A DNA stretch of 64,000 bases, taken from the NCBI RefSeq assembly GCF_052425735.1, contig NC_135769.1, positions 1 to 64,000 on the forward strand, read 5' to 3'. Positions 35,886 to 49,877 of the stretch are shown here, piece by piece (position 1 is the stretch's first letter; every line of letters starts with the position of its first letter). A model generated the notes under the pieces. The model saw only the letters and a program-made list of their open reading frames with translations, was not told the DNA's origin and searched no databases. A program made the position numbers and the translations under genes. Origin of the DNA: Oculina patagonica (lineage: Eukaryota).

Positions 35886-38669
35886 TTACTCGACATAGTC
35901 TGACATCGCACTTCCCTCTTCGATATGTTCTCCTACGAAAAAAACAACAACACCCAACGTTTAGTATGAATGATCGAAGGCAAATTCACGTTTTAATAAT
36001 TGTTTGCGTTTTTTTACGGTCTTAATCTTGGAGCCAGAAAGCTGCTTTTATCGAAAGACCGCCGAAAGATGTTTAAGGTTCACGAGCCGAGTAAGATTGA
36101 GTTAGGGCGAGGCCGTAGCGAACAAAACATAAGCAATTCAATAAAGTTATCCTTTTAATCCACCGGTAAAATGCCGGCCTTTGATTCCGGTCTAACTACT
36201 TACTGATAGCATAAACAGCGTTAGTGAAGTTCTTTCCCACACAGAACCTCGTTGAGCAGGCGCAGTCCTTATAGCACTGGTCAGCACATTCACCAGGCTG
36301 CGCATGTCCTTCCAAAAAGAAGGCTGAATCATCAGGACCACTCCAGCATTCACCTGAGGAAAATAAACAAACACCATTACCTTTCATTATACAATTCATC
36401 GACATTTTTAAAGAACACATTTTCGCTGCAGGTTATATAGTTCACAGTTATTTTAACCTGTTACACTGTTACCAATTTTGGCTCAGAAAAACACAGAAAC
36501 GTATACCCCCACGAATACTTACACGTCTAACAACACTTATATTCTGACATCACAAAAACTTACACAGAATATAATTGTATAGATACCGTGCTCTCAGATA
36601 GAGAAAGGAAGTAAATTTAAACTGAGGTCACTACCGAGGGAGAGCCGAGAGAGAGCATAAAAAAATCATAAAACTTATCTGACACAACTTACAAGAGCAA
36701 AGAAAAAGAGTGTCTGTTAAAAAAAAATCAGCATTGAGTAACAATCCAACAAAAAGTAGCTAAAGAAAAACTATATGGCGAGAGCTTTACACGGGACGTT
36801 TGATTCCATTTAGTTATTGAATGCTCAGCTTTGAACTGTAGAAAAAGGTCTCACCCCAAAACTGAATACCAAATAGCCTCCAACCCTTTTCGAGCGCTTT
36901 CTTCGCACAGCGGCAAACAAAATCTGGCAGATGCTCGTACCAGTTTTCCCAGTCAATCAGTTGACCACTGAAACTCGGAAGTTGGTCATCTCTGTCATTC
37001 AAAATGTATGACGGCAAAAGGCGCGGCTCGTCTTTTTTATCGTTAAAACAGCCAATCCGCTCAAACTTGACGCTGCAGAAATCTAAATCAATAAAAATGC
37101 AAACACATACATCAATTGTTGGGAGCATGTATACGGACACGGATGAGTAACCTTTGCCATCGACTNNNNNNNNNNNNNNNNNNNNNNNNNNNNNNNNNNN
37201 NNNNNNNNNNNNNNNNNNNNNNNNNNNNNNNNNNNNNNNNNNNNNNNNNNNNNNNNNNNNNNNNNNNNNNNNNNNNNNNNNNNNNNNNNNNNNNNNNNNC
37301 TCCATGTGTTTTAGGCTTACCAACAATCTTGTACACCATGTTACGGTTCGCCTTTCCTGCACAGAACTTTCTCTCGTTGCAGTCGTTCATGTCAGTACCA
37401 ATGCAATCCTTACATTTCGCTGGACCATGCTGGTCATAATGGTGCAAAGAGCTAATCCCAGCGTGGCATTCACCTGAAAGAGGAGACAGTGATATCGGAC
37501 GGCTTGGCCGTATATTTTGAAGTAAATAAAATAACTTTCGCTAAACAAGAAACCAAGTACAAAGGCAATATACTCAACCAATTGGAAGTAGCTTGAAAGC
37601 GGCAACATAATCGCATTTAATAAGTTGATAGCAGATTCAATTTCAGACTTTTTCTTTATATTATAATCTAGCTAAAGTATTATTCTCATGGGAGTAATTG
37701 GACTAATGAATATTTACCAAAGTATTGCACTCCGAATAAGTCATATCCACGTTCTTTTGCTTGCTTGGCACAGCGGCAGATAAACCCTGGGAGATAGTTT
37801 TTCCAATCATTCCAGTTGATCTTTTGCCCGCCATAATTAGCGATGGATTTGTCGCGTTCGTTGTAGATATAATACGGAAGTGCTCTCTGATGGCGCTCAT
37901 CTTTGAAGCAGCCCAGCGGTTTGAATGAGACTTCGCAGTTAGCCGGATCCTCGCACAGATTAGTAGCTATAATGTTATGCAGAAGAAGAAATAAATGAAG
38001 AAGAGTGGCGTTTCATTTACATGTAATTGCATTACTGATACATAATAACTAAGTATTCGTTTGATATCGCATTTAGTTTAATATTACGAATACTGTCTTG
38101 GTTTAGTATATTAACACCGAATTTGAAATTATAACGGAATTTTATTGCATTATATTATATCTTTAGTTAACTGGCTAAAGTTTTTTCTAACAAAAAAGTG
38201 CCACTGTATGCTATATTCTAGATATCATTTAATAATAAATTAATTGTTGAACGCCATTTTCGGAAGTTGTACCGCAGGCTTTGCTTCGTTTGTGGTCAAG
38301 GGGAGATAATTTATAACTCATTGTTTCACGAGTAAGTAATATTTTATGTTTTACACAGTGAAAATTGGATAAAACTTTTTATGTCACTTTATGAAAGTTT
38401 CCTTATTTTTAAACTGTGAGGGAAAACAGATGTTAATCACTCTAGGGAAGACGCAAAGTATTGAAGTGCAAGAGCAATCGGTGAAAGTCAGTTATCCGAC
38501 ATTGTGTAAATTAAAACAGCTTGAAATAAAGGGCTGCATTTTTTCGTATTGTTACCATTAGGAAGTTTTTTTTACAAACTTGATAGTTAGGTTTGAACCA
38601 TTTAATATTCTTACCAGCGTAACTTGCGCTAAAGCTGCAGATGAGTATTATCACCCAAAGGTTTACCAT
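35886..38669 (-). CDS. Secreted two-domain WSC-like Cys-rich protein, paralog C
   Basis: Exons 38669-38615 (distinct signal peptide MVNLWVIILICSFSASYA), 37966-37718, 37473-37321, 37082-36855, 36353-36204 and 35932-35886. The domain exons are nearly identical to paralog B. Confidence 0.85.
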
Positions 38670-39734
38670 CTTTGAGATAAAGACAATAAGACAAAAATTA
38701 TATTTAAGCTTAAAGATTACAATCACCAAAAATGGACGAGACGAGACCCTCCAAAAGAACCGTTATTTTCTTCCTACACCGTCTGCTGCAGGAGATTTTT
38801 CAAGACGTACAGACACATACTTAGATGATATCCATTACAAGATGCAGTACGAACCCAAAGAAGTGTTCTTTAACTGACGATATTATAATAATATATTTTT
38901 ATGACTAGCGATTGCCAGGATTACGTCCAAAGAAAGAGAACATATCACTTTTATGCCATTAGGTATTTAGACCAAGGAAAATAAAAGAAGCAACTTGAAA
39001 TCAATTTTGTACTTTTATTTCGTTACTTCCATTGTTAAGTGAGCATGTATCATGAGTATATGAAAACGTTACATACCTTTCTTCCTCAAGTGATACAGTG
39101 ATACACGGTCAGCCAGATATGTAGAAAATAAATGATATACTGTACCCTGCCCGACTTCATTTTATACAGTTGGCAAAAGCGGCGTGCTTTAGCTTGCTCC
39201 ACAAGTTATTTGATATTACAGGAGATAAAAGAGGGATCTGTTCTAAATACGTACTGGAAGTTAACTAACTGGCAAAAAAGACTACCAAAAGAGAAAATTA
39301 TCTTTGCTCGGATGATTAAAATATTTTATTATCGATAGAAGTGTATTAAAAAAGAAATTTTTATAAGGCGGCTTCTTCAAGAGATGATAGTGTAATCCAC
39401 TGGCAGACTACAATGAACTGAAGAAAATGTTTAATCTGCAAGAGTTATATTGACTTAATGTTTTCTTGGAAAACAAAGTCAACAAGAAGTTATGATCATT
39501 AAGCCTACCGCCGAAATCGGACTTCCTATCTTCAGTAAGAAGTATGCTTTTTTTATTGTGATTATTACTTTTTTAATTATATATATTTCTAGGTGCGTTG
39601 GAAATTTTATTAAGACGCCACTATTATTAAAAAAAATCTTTGCTCTATAAAATCTCTCATGAAATTTCTGCCTAGAAATCTCTGCTCTATATTCCAGTCA
39701 TTTTTACATAAACATTAGAAGTTAGACACTATTC

Positions 39735-39859
39735 TCGCAATACAAAGACATGTTATTTACTTTTTTTAATTATACAAGGATGCCAGCTATTTTTTAATTC
39801 TAAATAATTTTATCGGTGTGTATTTTTTAATGATCATGTGAAATAAAGTTACTTTTTTA

Positions 39860-39893
<34 letters not shown>

Positions 39894-40066
39894 ATTAACT
39901 AATTACATATTATAAATGATTTTAAGATTTGAATTCTCGCTTATACAAAGAGATTGTACTTTTGTTATATAGCTTTTTTTAATTCTTAATCCTTTTTATC
40001 GGTGCTTGTATTTTTAATGATTGCGTGAAATAAAGTTATTATTTTATTAAAAAAAATTATTATTAA

Positions 40067-40102
<36 letters not shown>

Positions 40103-40334
40103 GTAACCATTAGTTTCCTTTGCATTTTAAATCGCTCATTCCAATTTTAAACGCTTCTCAGCTTTTATTCATTTTCTATTTAACATATTTTGCTTTTAAT
40201 TTTAACAACTGTATTATAGAGCCTTTTGTTGTAAATAGTTTTGCGCTATAGTTAACTTTTAGAACCTTTTTATCCACGTTACCTTTTGTTAACATATTAT
40301 GTGAAATAAAGTTGTTGTATTCATTTAAAAAAAG

Positions 40335-40371
<37 letters not shown>

Positions 40372-40375
40372 CATT
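39735..40375 (+). repeat. Three stacked AT-rich units, each ending GTGAAATAAAGTT + (TTA)n; probably retroelement 3' tails
   Basis: GTGAAATAAAGTT at ~39838, ~40025 and ~40301, each followed by (ATT)n. Confidence 0.55.
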
Positions 40376-41999
40376 AAACTGTTTAATAAAGAGAATGGAA
40401 AATTATTTTTCATGTGCAATAATAAGCAGCAAAGGCAGTGATGTAAATATTTCGGCTCCTCCCCATCAAAACGTTTTCTTCTGTAGTGCCCATGTTCGAC
40501 TTTGCGACTGAATTTAAAGAAAAAAGTCAAGTTATGTCAAAATATTTTACTAAAACTACATTCCCTCTAATCAATTTGATTTACTTTTGTTCAAGAAATA
40601 ATCTCTAGACCTGACGAATCTTCTTGTTTGCGGATCTAATGTCGCCCTTTATATGACTGTCAGTACCCAGTCGCCCACCATCCTCGCGCGGTCACGCCAC
40701 GCCACCCCAGCTATCGCGAGACAGTCAATTATTTTGCTGTGGATCAGAGGGATGTACAAACAGTTCTTAAGGTTTCTGAGTTGAAAAGCTTAACATGCTG
40801 CTTTAATCGCCGTAATATAAGTGAAATGTGGCGTTGTTCAAAGTGTCCAAATAATATATTTCTCCATACATAATGAAGTCAAGATTTTTATGAACAATTT
40901 AAAACCGATAATCAGTCAAATTTAACCCTGAATCAATATTTTTATTTGAAGTTTGCATAATATACGCGAGTCAAGCATGCCTGCTAGACCCTATTGCTAC
41001 AATCGTGTTTTTGCTGGGTGTGATCGACCATCTCAAAGAAAGTAAGTCGAATTTCTCATTCTTGGATATTTTTCTTCTTGAATTGTACTTTCTAAAACAC
41101 TGCTTAGCTCAGCTTGACCAACAAACAAGTCTTGATAAGACAATGAAAAGTCTTTACACATTGATGTCTTTGTCATGCAAAATGATTTAATCACAAAGGA
41201 TTATAACCTTAAAGAAGTGAGATTACAGGGTTAATCGCAGAATTAGAGATAAAACATAATAAATTAAAGCATTCTGCAAACTTTTTTCTTTTAACACAAA
41301 CCGTGAGATCAAATATCTTTGTAACTATTTAGTTTATAAATAACAATGTATACCCATAAATACTCATTGGTGCGAGCCCTTGGTAATAGGGTTTCAGGAT
41401 CATCGAGACTGTCGCTAAGACTTCGTAGCAAAAACAAACAATTTTCTTTTGTCGCATACTTTTGAGACATTATTAATTGTATGGCACGTCTGGACCTGAT
41501 TAGCCGCCCGGATTTTTTAACACATAGGGAAAGCAAAGCAAATTATTATCATACGAACATTAATTAAGTCAAGTTTACAAATATCACATAGCAGATGTTC
41601 AGCCAGTTCATTTCAACATTTAAATATCCAGAGAAATATTGATTAGTTGGCCTGTCGATCATCAATGCTGTCAATTGAATCAACTCTAAGCTAGCACCTC
41701 CCTTAATGCCTTACTCGCTCAGATCGCGGAACACACACTTTCAGTTCAATAGGTTGTCAGTGTTTATGAATAAATTCTATAGCTGTTTAATATAATCAGT
41801 AACTTTGCACACAAAGCACAGTTTGCCGGCACGCGTTTCAATAATAATTGTTTAAGAGATGGCTGGTACAGTTTAACTCTCCACATCAGACTCTCTTCGT
41901 ATTACTATACTCTATTCGACAATGAAACCTCCAATTCCATTAATTACATTGATTGCAGTGTTTTCATCCTTGGATATTTCATGCAGAACAATTAGTTTA

Positions 42000-42455
42000 T
42001 CACCTCCAGTAGGATATCTTTCGTCCCTTATTTTGGGAACGTTCTAGTCTTTTGAGATAGTCCTGCTTCTGTTTATTGTAGTAAAACTCTCCAGCGCCTT
42101 CTTTGATAAGTATAGCAGCACACTCTGTCTTGCCAGCTCGAATGGCTGTATGCATGGGTGGCCAACCAGATTGATCCAAAACGTTTATATCTGCGCCATT
42201 TTTAATTAGTTCTTTCAACAGTTTTGAGTTGCCATCCAAAACAACTTGATGAAGTTGTGGAAGTTGTGTTTCATGTTTTTCTTCGTCGCTCTTGCTGTTG
42301 CCTTCAGAGTGAACACTTGTGTTCGCTTCTTGATCGCTGTCCTCTTTCCCTTCTTCGTGTTCAACAATGTCCGTGAGCGCTCGTTTGCGAAACATTGTCA
42401 TCTTCTCTTCTGGCAAACTCAATTTACGACTTCGCTGCATGTTGATCGAGTTCAT
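42000..42455 (-). CDS. Small ankyrin-repeat protein (151 aa)
   Basis: LHQVVLDGNSKLLKELIKNGADINVLDQSGWPPMHTAIRAGKTECAAILIKEGA, with a low-complexity charged N-terminus. Confidence 0.8.
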   Translation of the reverse strand: MNSINMQRSRKLSLPEEKMTMFRKRALTDIVEHEEGKEDSDQEANTSVHSEGNSKSDEEKHETQLPQLHQVVLDGNSKLLKELIKNGADINVLDQSGWPPMHTAIRAGKTECAAILIKEGAGEFYYNKQKQDYLKRLERSQNKGRKISYWR

Positions 42456-44774
42456 ATATTAATATGTCCCGCTGTGTAAACTTCACTTGATCTTGAGTAA
42501 ACAAATACAGCACTAATCACAATCAGCTAAACGAGCTGCGATTAAATCCGTACAGATTGCGTATGAAGTTCCGCTGTTGTGTTATAAAATAGTTCCTTTA
42601 AAAGGACCCATTAAAGAACGAAAATCGTTGAACACAACAGCAAGAGCTTGGCTGGTTCTTTAAAAAACTAATAACACACTGGTCACCGATCATTCTACAT
42701 GTAAAAATCAGCAATACCTGGGTACGATAACTAATTAGCCTGTCCAATGAATTGTAAGTGCTAATGACTTGACGAACACTTTTGTTATTGAGCCCGGCTC
42801 TCGTTGGACAGTACAGATTAGTGTACAAGTGTTACATGAGATGTATTCAAAACAACCTTCCAAGACGATGTTTTCGCGGCAGAGAAACACCCCAAAATAG
42901 TACGACTTTACATCTGCGCTTTCCCAGGGATGAAAGAAAGGCCAACCTTAACAAAGCAAATGGGATTAAATCTGCTATGCAGTGTAGGTTGATTATTCAT
43001 TCTGTCACACACAACGGTTTAAAACGTCTCAAACGTTCCAGCATAAAATTACTATTTTTTTGGCTTCTATTATTTATGTAAGCAACCGTATCGAAATAAA
43101 AGAAAAAAAATGATTAAAAATTGTGATTTGGGTAATCTATTTATAATTTTTATACTCTGCATGGAATGCGAAAAGCCGCTTGATCTGTAATGGATTTATA
43201 ATGACAGCCAAGTGAATAGTTTTACTCCGATCTGTCATTGTGTTGACATAATAAGTCGTAAATTCGGTAAGTTGTTTACCTGTCGTAATCTTTAAAACGT
43301 GTATGCCAAAAATGCAGTCGAACAAAGGCAGAAGCATTCAAACAATTTATGGCAATTTTATTAAAAGATGCTTTGCTAAATGTAAAATCCACCACACGTT
43401 TCCTTAGAGTGTAAAACGCTTAAACGGACTGGTGAAAACCGTCGAATAGCTGGATTTTTTCTTTAGCAACAGTAATGTCGCAAGGTTATCTTGCACAGAA
43501 GGCTTGCCTAAGGGTATAGTGGAAAAAGTTATTGCTATTCAGATATTACTTGATGAATGTGAACACGATATGTATTTGCATAATTACTTTGAGGCATTTA
43601 CCGTGTGACTTACCCCCATGATTGCTTTTTGAATCGAAAATGCATGGATGATAACACGCGTGTTTTTTTTTTCTGTTTTTAATTGTTAATTTAACTAAAT
43701 TCTATTCTTTTTGTGCAGTGAAAAACATTGTCTCATGGGGCATACTCAAAAGATCTATTGAAATTTACAGACCACTTCAGCTCATTGTTGAAGTGCCCGT
43801 AATGTTATATATGTAAACATGGGCGGTATACAGCTATTTCAATTAAAGGCACACTGTCACTAGTTTCACTTCAAAACCGCAAGAGCCTAATATTGGTCCA
43901 ATTTTCTTAAAAATCACCAAGCAAGTGCAGTGAAGCGATAAACAAGTCATATTATTGTGATGCTCAACTGACTTGAAAGAGTCAGGCAGAGTTTTTCAAG
44001 TTTTGCCCTTGTGGACTGGGAAAAAAAAAAACACCTAAAAACTATTATGGCTCCCTTTTTCCTTCAACAACAATCAAACTTGTACATTTCCTATAGGCCA
44101 ATATGCAAAATTCCAGTGATACCCAGACCACCATTCGGTCTTGTTTTTAAGCATTGCTCTGACAACGTTTATTGAAATAGCTGTGTAATGTTAACCTTAG
44201 TGAATGTATTACACGCAAACTTGCGCGAACGCGCGAACGCGAATGAACATTGTTTCGTGTGATGTCTTGCAGCCATGGGCGTTTACCATTTGTATGGAAA
44301 AACAGGTTGCTCCAATAGGAAAACAAATGGAATGTTTTATTCCAACGGAATAATTATTGTTATCTTATTATTATTTGTTCGCATTACAGATCCTCAGTAT
44401 TATTATAGGAAATCACGGAAACCTCCTGAATTTCTCTTTGCACCCTCCTAATTACCATCGGATATATACTCGCCTCGCTTCTTCGACCCATGGAGCGAAC
44501 CGATTTTCTTCTTCCTGTAGTTTGATTTCCAATTTAAAAAGCTACTTTGGAACGTTTGTACAATAATATTATTATTATAATGTGAACATCAACCAATTAA
44601 ACAAAGGCCAACTCTGACCAAGTAATAATCTTGTTAGCGAAAATTCCTCTCTCGCCACAGAATGTCACGGAAATTCTTCCTCTGTCACGTTAGAGTTTTT
44701 CTTTGTCGCGTCGCCATAAACAGATTATAACGAGTCTTTGTAATGGGAAGAAATTATTTCCCAACTGACCGACT

Positions 44775-47700
44775 ATGAATCGCGTAAAGCTAGTAAAGGC
44801 ATTTCTCATTGGTGTTCTTGCACTTGGACTTTGGGTTATATTAATCGTCGTTTATCTGTTTAGCCGTCAGGAAATCATCCCTAATGTGACGTCTTTTCAA
44901 AATCAACCCACATCTGGAATTGGGACAGTTGTTGAGCTGTTAGCAAGCCAGACAGATCATTTATACGACGAAGCCTTCGAGCTCGACGATACTTTCAAGG
45001 GTTTGAACAAACATACTTGGGAAAGGTACTGTCAGAGTAGCTTCGAACAACTATGTAATTATCCAATTTTTCCCAAAGCGCCAGATAAAAGAAATTATGT
45101 TCAAAGTGCTAACATCGTCTCCATGGCTGACAAACTTGAGGGCGCCGTGCGACTGCTGGGTTATGTTCGACCGAACACAACAGGAGAATTTCAATTCTTA
45201 GTGACATCGAATGGCTTTGCCGAACTTTGGCTCAGTCCGAATACCAACTGGAAGGATGCTAGGAAAATTGCTTATATCAAGTCGCTACAGAAAATGTCCT
45301 TTGAAGCAATTAAATCCCAGATTTCTGATACCGTGACATTATTAGGAAGACACAAGTACTATTTTGAGGTGATTTATGTTCAAAGCGATCATTCATTTAG
45401 CCGGGGCGAACAGTTAATTCAAGTCGCTTGGAAAAGACCAGATAAAAGTAGATTTGAACTTATTGATAGAGAGTTTTTCTCACTATACACAAAGGACAAT
45501 AAAAAAGATAAATTGAAAATCTACGACGAAGAATTGCCAGACGTCCTGGCTTGTAAACATTCAAGGAGAAGATTTGCAAACAAATACATGGGGCCAGAGA
45601 CGCTACCTTACATGGAAAACGCGGCAGTAGACAAGACGTTACCGCTCTGTGATTACAGACCAAGTTATGTTCTCGATCCTGCGAATTTGCCGCGTGACTT
45701 TAAACAGTATCACGGTGTGAAGCACGTTCAAAAAACGTATACGTACCCATTCCAAAGCGTAAGTGGAGTGATAAGGAGTACAAAAGTTGCGCGGTCAGTC
45801 AAGAAAACATTTCTAGCTGAATACCCCTTAAATGAAAAAGAAGCACTGTCCGTTATTCGCAAATACATCAACGCCGTGAAAAGGGCATATCCTGGGTAAG
45901 TGAATCCGAAACTTTTTTTTAACATTAAGCGTTCGTAGAGGATGGCCGCCATAGAAAAAAAAAAACACCGGAGACATACTAGAATTGTAGGAAGAGGTGT
46001 TAATATATAGTTTGTGTCTTTTTCCAGCTTTTCATGTTGCTAGTGATTCTAAATTGGTTATCAGAACTCGAGAGATCTCGGACAAATAGTATTGCGTGAA
46101 TTAGGTCAAATGTTCATTTCATCCCTCGTTCTCGGTTATTGAACCACGATCTTTGATGGTGCTATGAGAACACAATGTCAATCAATCAATCAATTGAAGC
46201 TCATCCCGTTACTACGGGAACCAGTGAGCAATGTTGTATATATATATTGAGGTCATCGTTTCTTTGCAGGAAATACGAACTTCAGTCCATTAACCGTGTC
46301 GAAAAGAAAGAAGATCCTCCTAAAGGCAGCAGATATCTACTTGAACTTGTAGTCAAAGATCTTACCAATGGCACGAGCTATATTTTGGCAGGATATGTAT
46401 TTCAACCGCGAGGTAAAGACAAGCCTCTGTGTTACCCGAAGGGCCTGCAATGGAACAGGACAGCGGATGTTTATCTTATTCTCACTTCCAAGAACCTGGG
46501 TCGATGGGTTCATCATTTCATTAAAAACGTAGAAGAGATCGTTCAAGAAACGAAAGATGAGCATTTACATGTGGTTATTTTTGACTTTGATAGTCCTGAT
46601 ATTGATTTAGAACAGGCTTTCAAAAGAAGCACTCTGAAGAACTACCATTTTATCACACAGCCTGGGAACTATTCTCGCACAGTTTCTTTCAGTAGGGCAG
46701 TGGAATCAATAAAGGACCCGGAAGCCATTATTGTCACCATAGACATGCATCTGGATCTTGGAAGCCAGCTAATTAACGACATTCGTAAGGTAAGTAGTGA
46801 GGATGAGGGGGAGGTGGAGGGGAAGTGGATGGGAGAGGGGGTGGGGAACAATATCCGGGACAGAAAGGCTACTAAAGGAAGCAGCAAGCTTAGAATGATT
46901 TTTTGTATCAGAATTATCGTGTACGTCATAGAGAACCCTATAATTACTGTTTGCTTCTTGTTGAACAATTTACACTGGTAACATAAATAATTGTTTTAAC
47001 CCAGGCATATGAATAGTTTATCTACTGTCATTCGGGTAAGGGTAAATAAATTAGCTGTTGTTGGTGACTAACGTTTTGACAATTTGCCGGTTATCAAGTA
47101 AATAGTTTTAACTCAGTCGATGATCTTTGAAACCAACCCAGGAACTAATCGGCTAGCTTCGCCGTGATGTCATTTGCTGTTAGTTTCATGTAAAGTTTGC
47201 GGCAACACTGTTCACTAATTATATTAAAGGTATTTCTGTCTATTGCCAAGTAGTTTGGAGTTCCTTAAACTAGACGTTGAGTGGAGTAATTTTTTATCAT
47301 CAAGTATTCTACGGTGACAAACGTTGGGTGGCCATACGGAGAATTTAAAACCTAACTTCCACGGGTGCAAATTTCCTCTCGGTCAAAGTGTGTATAGGTC
47401 ACCGCAACAGCTTGGGTCCACTTCCCACTCCGTTTTCAGGGCTATGGACATCATCATTAGACTTTCACAGTTTTGATATTTTTTATTTCTATTTTTAGCA
47501 TTGCATTAAAGGAAAAACACTCTACGCTCCTCAAATAATTTATCTAAACTGTGACGGGAGCAGTGCTATCCCCAGCGGCCACTGGTACCACTACAGTTAT
47601 GGAACAGTAGCAGTGTACAAAGAAGATTGGGAGAAATTCGGAGGATTTTCAAAGAATTTCGTCAATAAGGTCACCTGGGGAGGCGAGGACTGGGATATAA

Positions 47701-47846
47701 TTGACGGCGCAGTCAAGGGAGGTCTGGAAATAGAACGAAAACGTTCCCCAGCGGTCTACCATTATTATCACACTAAAGCGGGAATGTGGCAGAAAGCAAA
47801 GAAGGCCACTAAAGCGGGAGTATCACAAGAAGCAAAGAAATCGTAG
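44775..47846 (+). CDS. Beta-1,4-N-acetylgalactosaminyltransferase 3/4-like (PA14 + GT7), ~662 aa, 3 exons
   Basis: Exons 44775-45895, 46270-46789 and 47499-47846 join in frame. N-terminal TM segment, PA14-like GAVRLLGYVRP..GEFQF...GFAELWLS, and DMH and WGGEDWD motifs. Confidence 0.9.
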
Positions 47847-48499
47847 ATGGAACTCCTTATCCTTAATATTATAACTTCAGCTTGTTAGATGATTAAAGTG
47901 CAGTGGACATACCATTAGGGACAGCGCGTCTCCTGCACACTTGGATAAATTGTTGTCGAAAGAAAAAGAAAGAAAAATAGATGACCTAAAGTATGAAGAT
48001 AAGTGGAGTCAAATCTTGGGAGAACTATTCAGCCTAAACTGGAGCGCTATTTAGGCTAACTTTTTCCCAACAAGAGCGCTGTACTACTCGTTCCCATTGC
48101 CTTCTGAGCATGAGAGACGCGCAGTACCAGTCACTAATGGCTTTGTACAGTGGAACCCTTTACTCCACTAAGATCTGATCGTATTAATGGGTTGATCCGT
48201 CGAACTAAATAAGGTTATTATCGGTCTTAAATACGGAAATAGCTGACTGAAATTGCCTTTGAGTCAAACTGAAAGTGGCTGAAGTAACAAAGTGGCAGGC
48301 GTAAGGCGGGATCTTAATGTACTTATTCCTATTACCTTCGTTGAGATATAAAAGGCTTGTGAGATGAGTTAAAAGTGCGCTCTAGCTATAGATTCGTGTC
48401 CTTTAGCGTGTACAGCTCGCAGCGTCATTCTATTGGGTCTTCTCAACCTACTTACCTTTTTAACTTACTTAATGCTTTCTAAGTCGGTTGTACTTACTT

Positions 48500-49230
48500 T
48501 TTTTTAAAAATAATGCAACTTTATTTACACGCAGCACTAATTACATAGGTACTACAGATGAAAAAGATAAATACATATTTACAACGGGCTATTTACAAGA
48601 GACGTAATTTTTACATGAACACTTTCAAAAGGAAAAAAAATAATTGTTAATTATAAGGATAACTAATTATGACTACTTCTAAAATATAATTCTTACTTAC
48701 AATACAACGCTAGAGTACAGTACATTACGCTAATTACATTAATACAACGAGACACATTTTAAATAATTACTTACTAACTTGAAATACATAGCTTATTTGT
48801 ACAACGGTTCCTATATTATTTTACATCTTTGATTACTGACACTTCGTCCCTAATAGCTTACAATACAAAACACTATTCACACTACGTTACTTACTTACTT
48901 ACTCACACCCCCTACACGAATGAACAACAACAACAACACCAACAACAAAGAGAAGACAGCACCGATGAGTGATTTTTTAAAATCTCCAAAAATAAAATGG
49001 GCGAGTTTATTTGCACGTAAGGCGATGTACTTTTCGAGATCTATTTTTTCTCGCACGTAGACGACAAAATCCGCAAATTGATATTTTTTGTCATTTTTAG
49101 CGCAGATGAACAGGAAAAACTTGCCAACGAGTATAAGGTGGTTGATGGTTTGAAGCGAAGATGAGCCTTTTAAGACGCCATATAATATTTCGTTTTCTGT
49201 CAAGGTTGTATTACTTGCGTGTAAAATTTA
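48500..49230 (-). mobile_element. 3' fragment of an L1/Tx1-group LINE
   Basis: ILYG...INHLILVGKFFLFIC...EKYIA resembles the Tx1-type ORF2 C-terminus. A long AT-rich tail follows. Confidence 0.6.
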
Positions 49231-49777
49231 TCGTTCAAACAAGAGATTATATATTCAATAGTTAGCACCGTCCCCTGCAGTCTCGTCCACGCAGTTTTTA
49301 TGCAAAGGTTAAAAAAGTTTTAGACAAGAGTCGACTAGAAACGAGTCGGGTGCCGTCCCACTGCTGTGTTTGTTATTGATTGATTTGTCATGCGTAGGTT
49401 GTCTTTGTAGCATTGTCATTGTCACAGGGATCGCAGACCTCTTGAGTGATTGCCTTATACTTATGTTCGTCGTGTGATCAAGATTTTATCAGTTGATTAA
49501 TGATTATTAACTATTTATTATAACGTCTGCATTTAATAGGTTAAGTACCATAAAGGGTTTTTCGATATATAAAACAATTCACTTTGTGAAATTTTTTTAA
49601 TAAATGGGTTTAAATAAAAAGATGAGAAAACGGTTCTTTTTAGTCCCGAATCTTTGTTCGTCGCGTGGCGTTAAAAAAGTGTTTCCCATGTCATTTAGCG
49701 AGCGGTCAAAGCAATTATACTACTGCGTTGTAACGTAAAGATGCTGAACCGAAGAATCCTCACACCATCTTAAGACG

Positions 49778-49877
49778 TAGACTGTCCACAGCCTCTCGAT
49801 TTTTCAACGCAAAAAAGCAAACGAAGCGGTCATCGATCGAAAAAAACACGAAAAAATAGAGGGCTGTGGACAGTCTA
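49778..49877. mobile_element. 100-bp MITE with TAG..CTA termini and a 9-bp TSD
   Basis: CTTAAGACG|TAGACTGTCCACAGCC ... GGCTGTGGACAGTCTA|CTTAAGACG. Confidence 0.9.

Noticed and set aside
47030-47100. Possible second hammerhead (minus strand ...GTCAAAACGTTAGTCACCAACAAC) in B4GALNT intron 2
   Set aside because: It resembles a decayed Penelope repeat, but the CUGANGA core is absent and GAAA is mutated.
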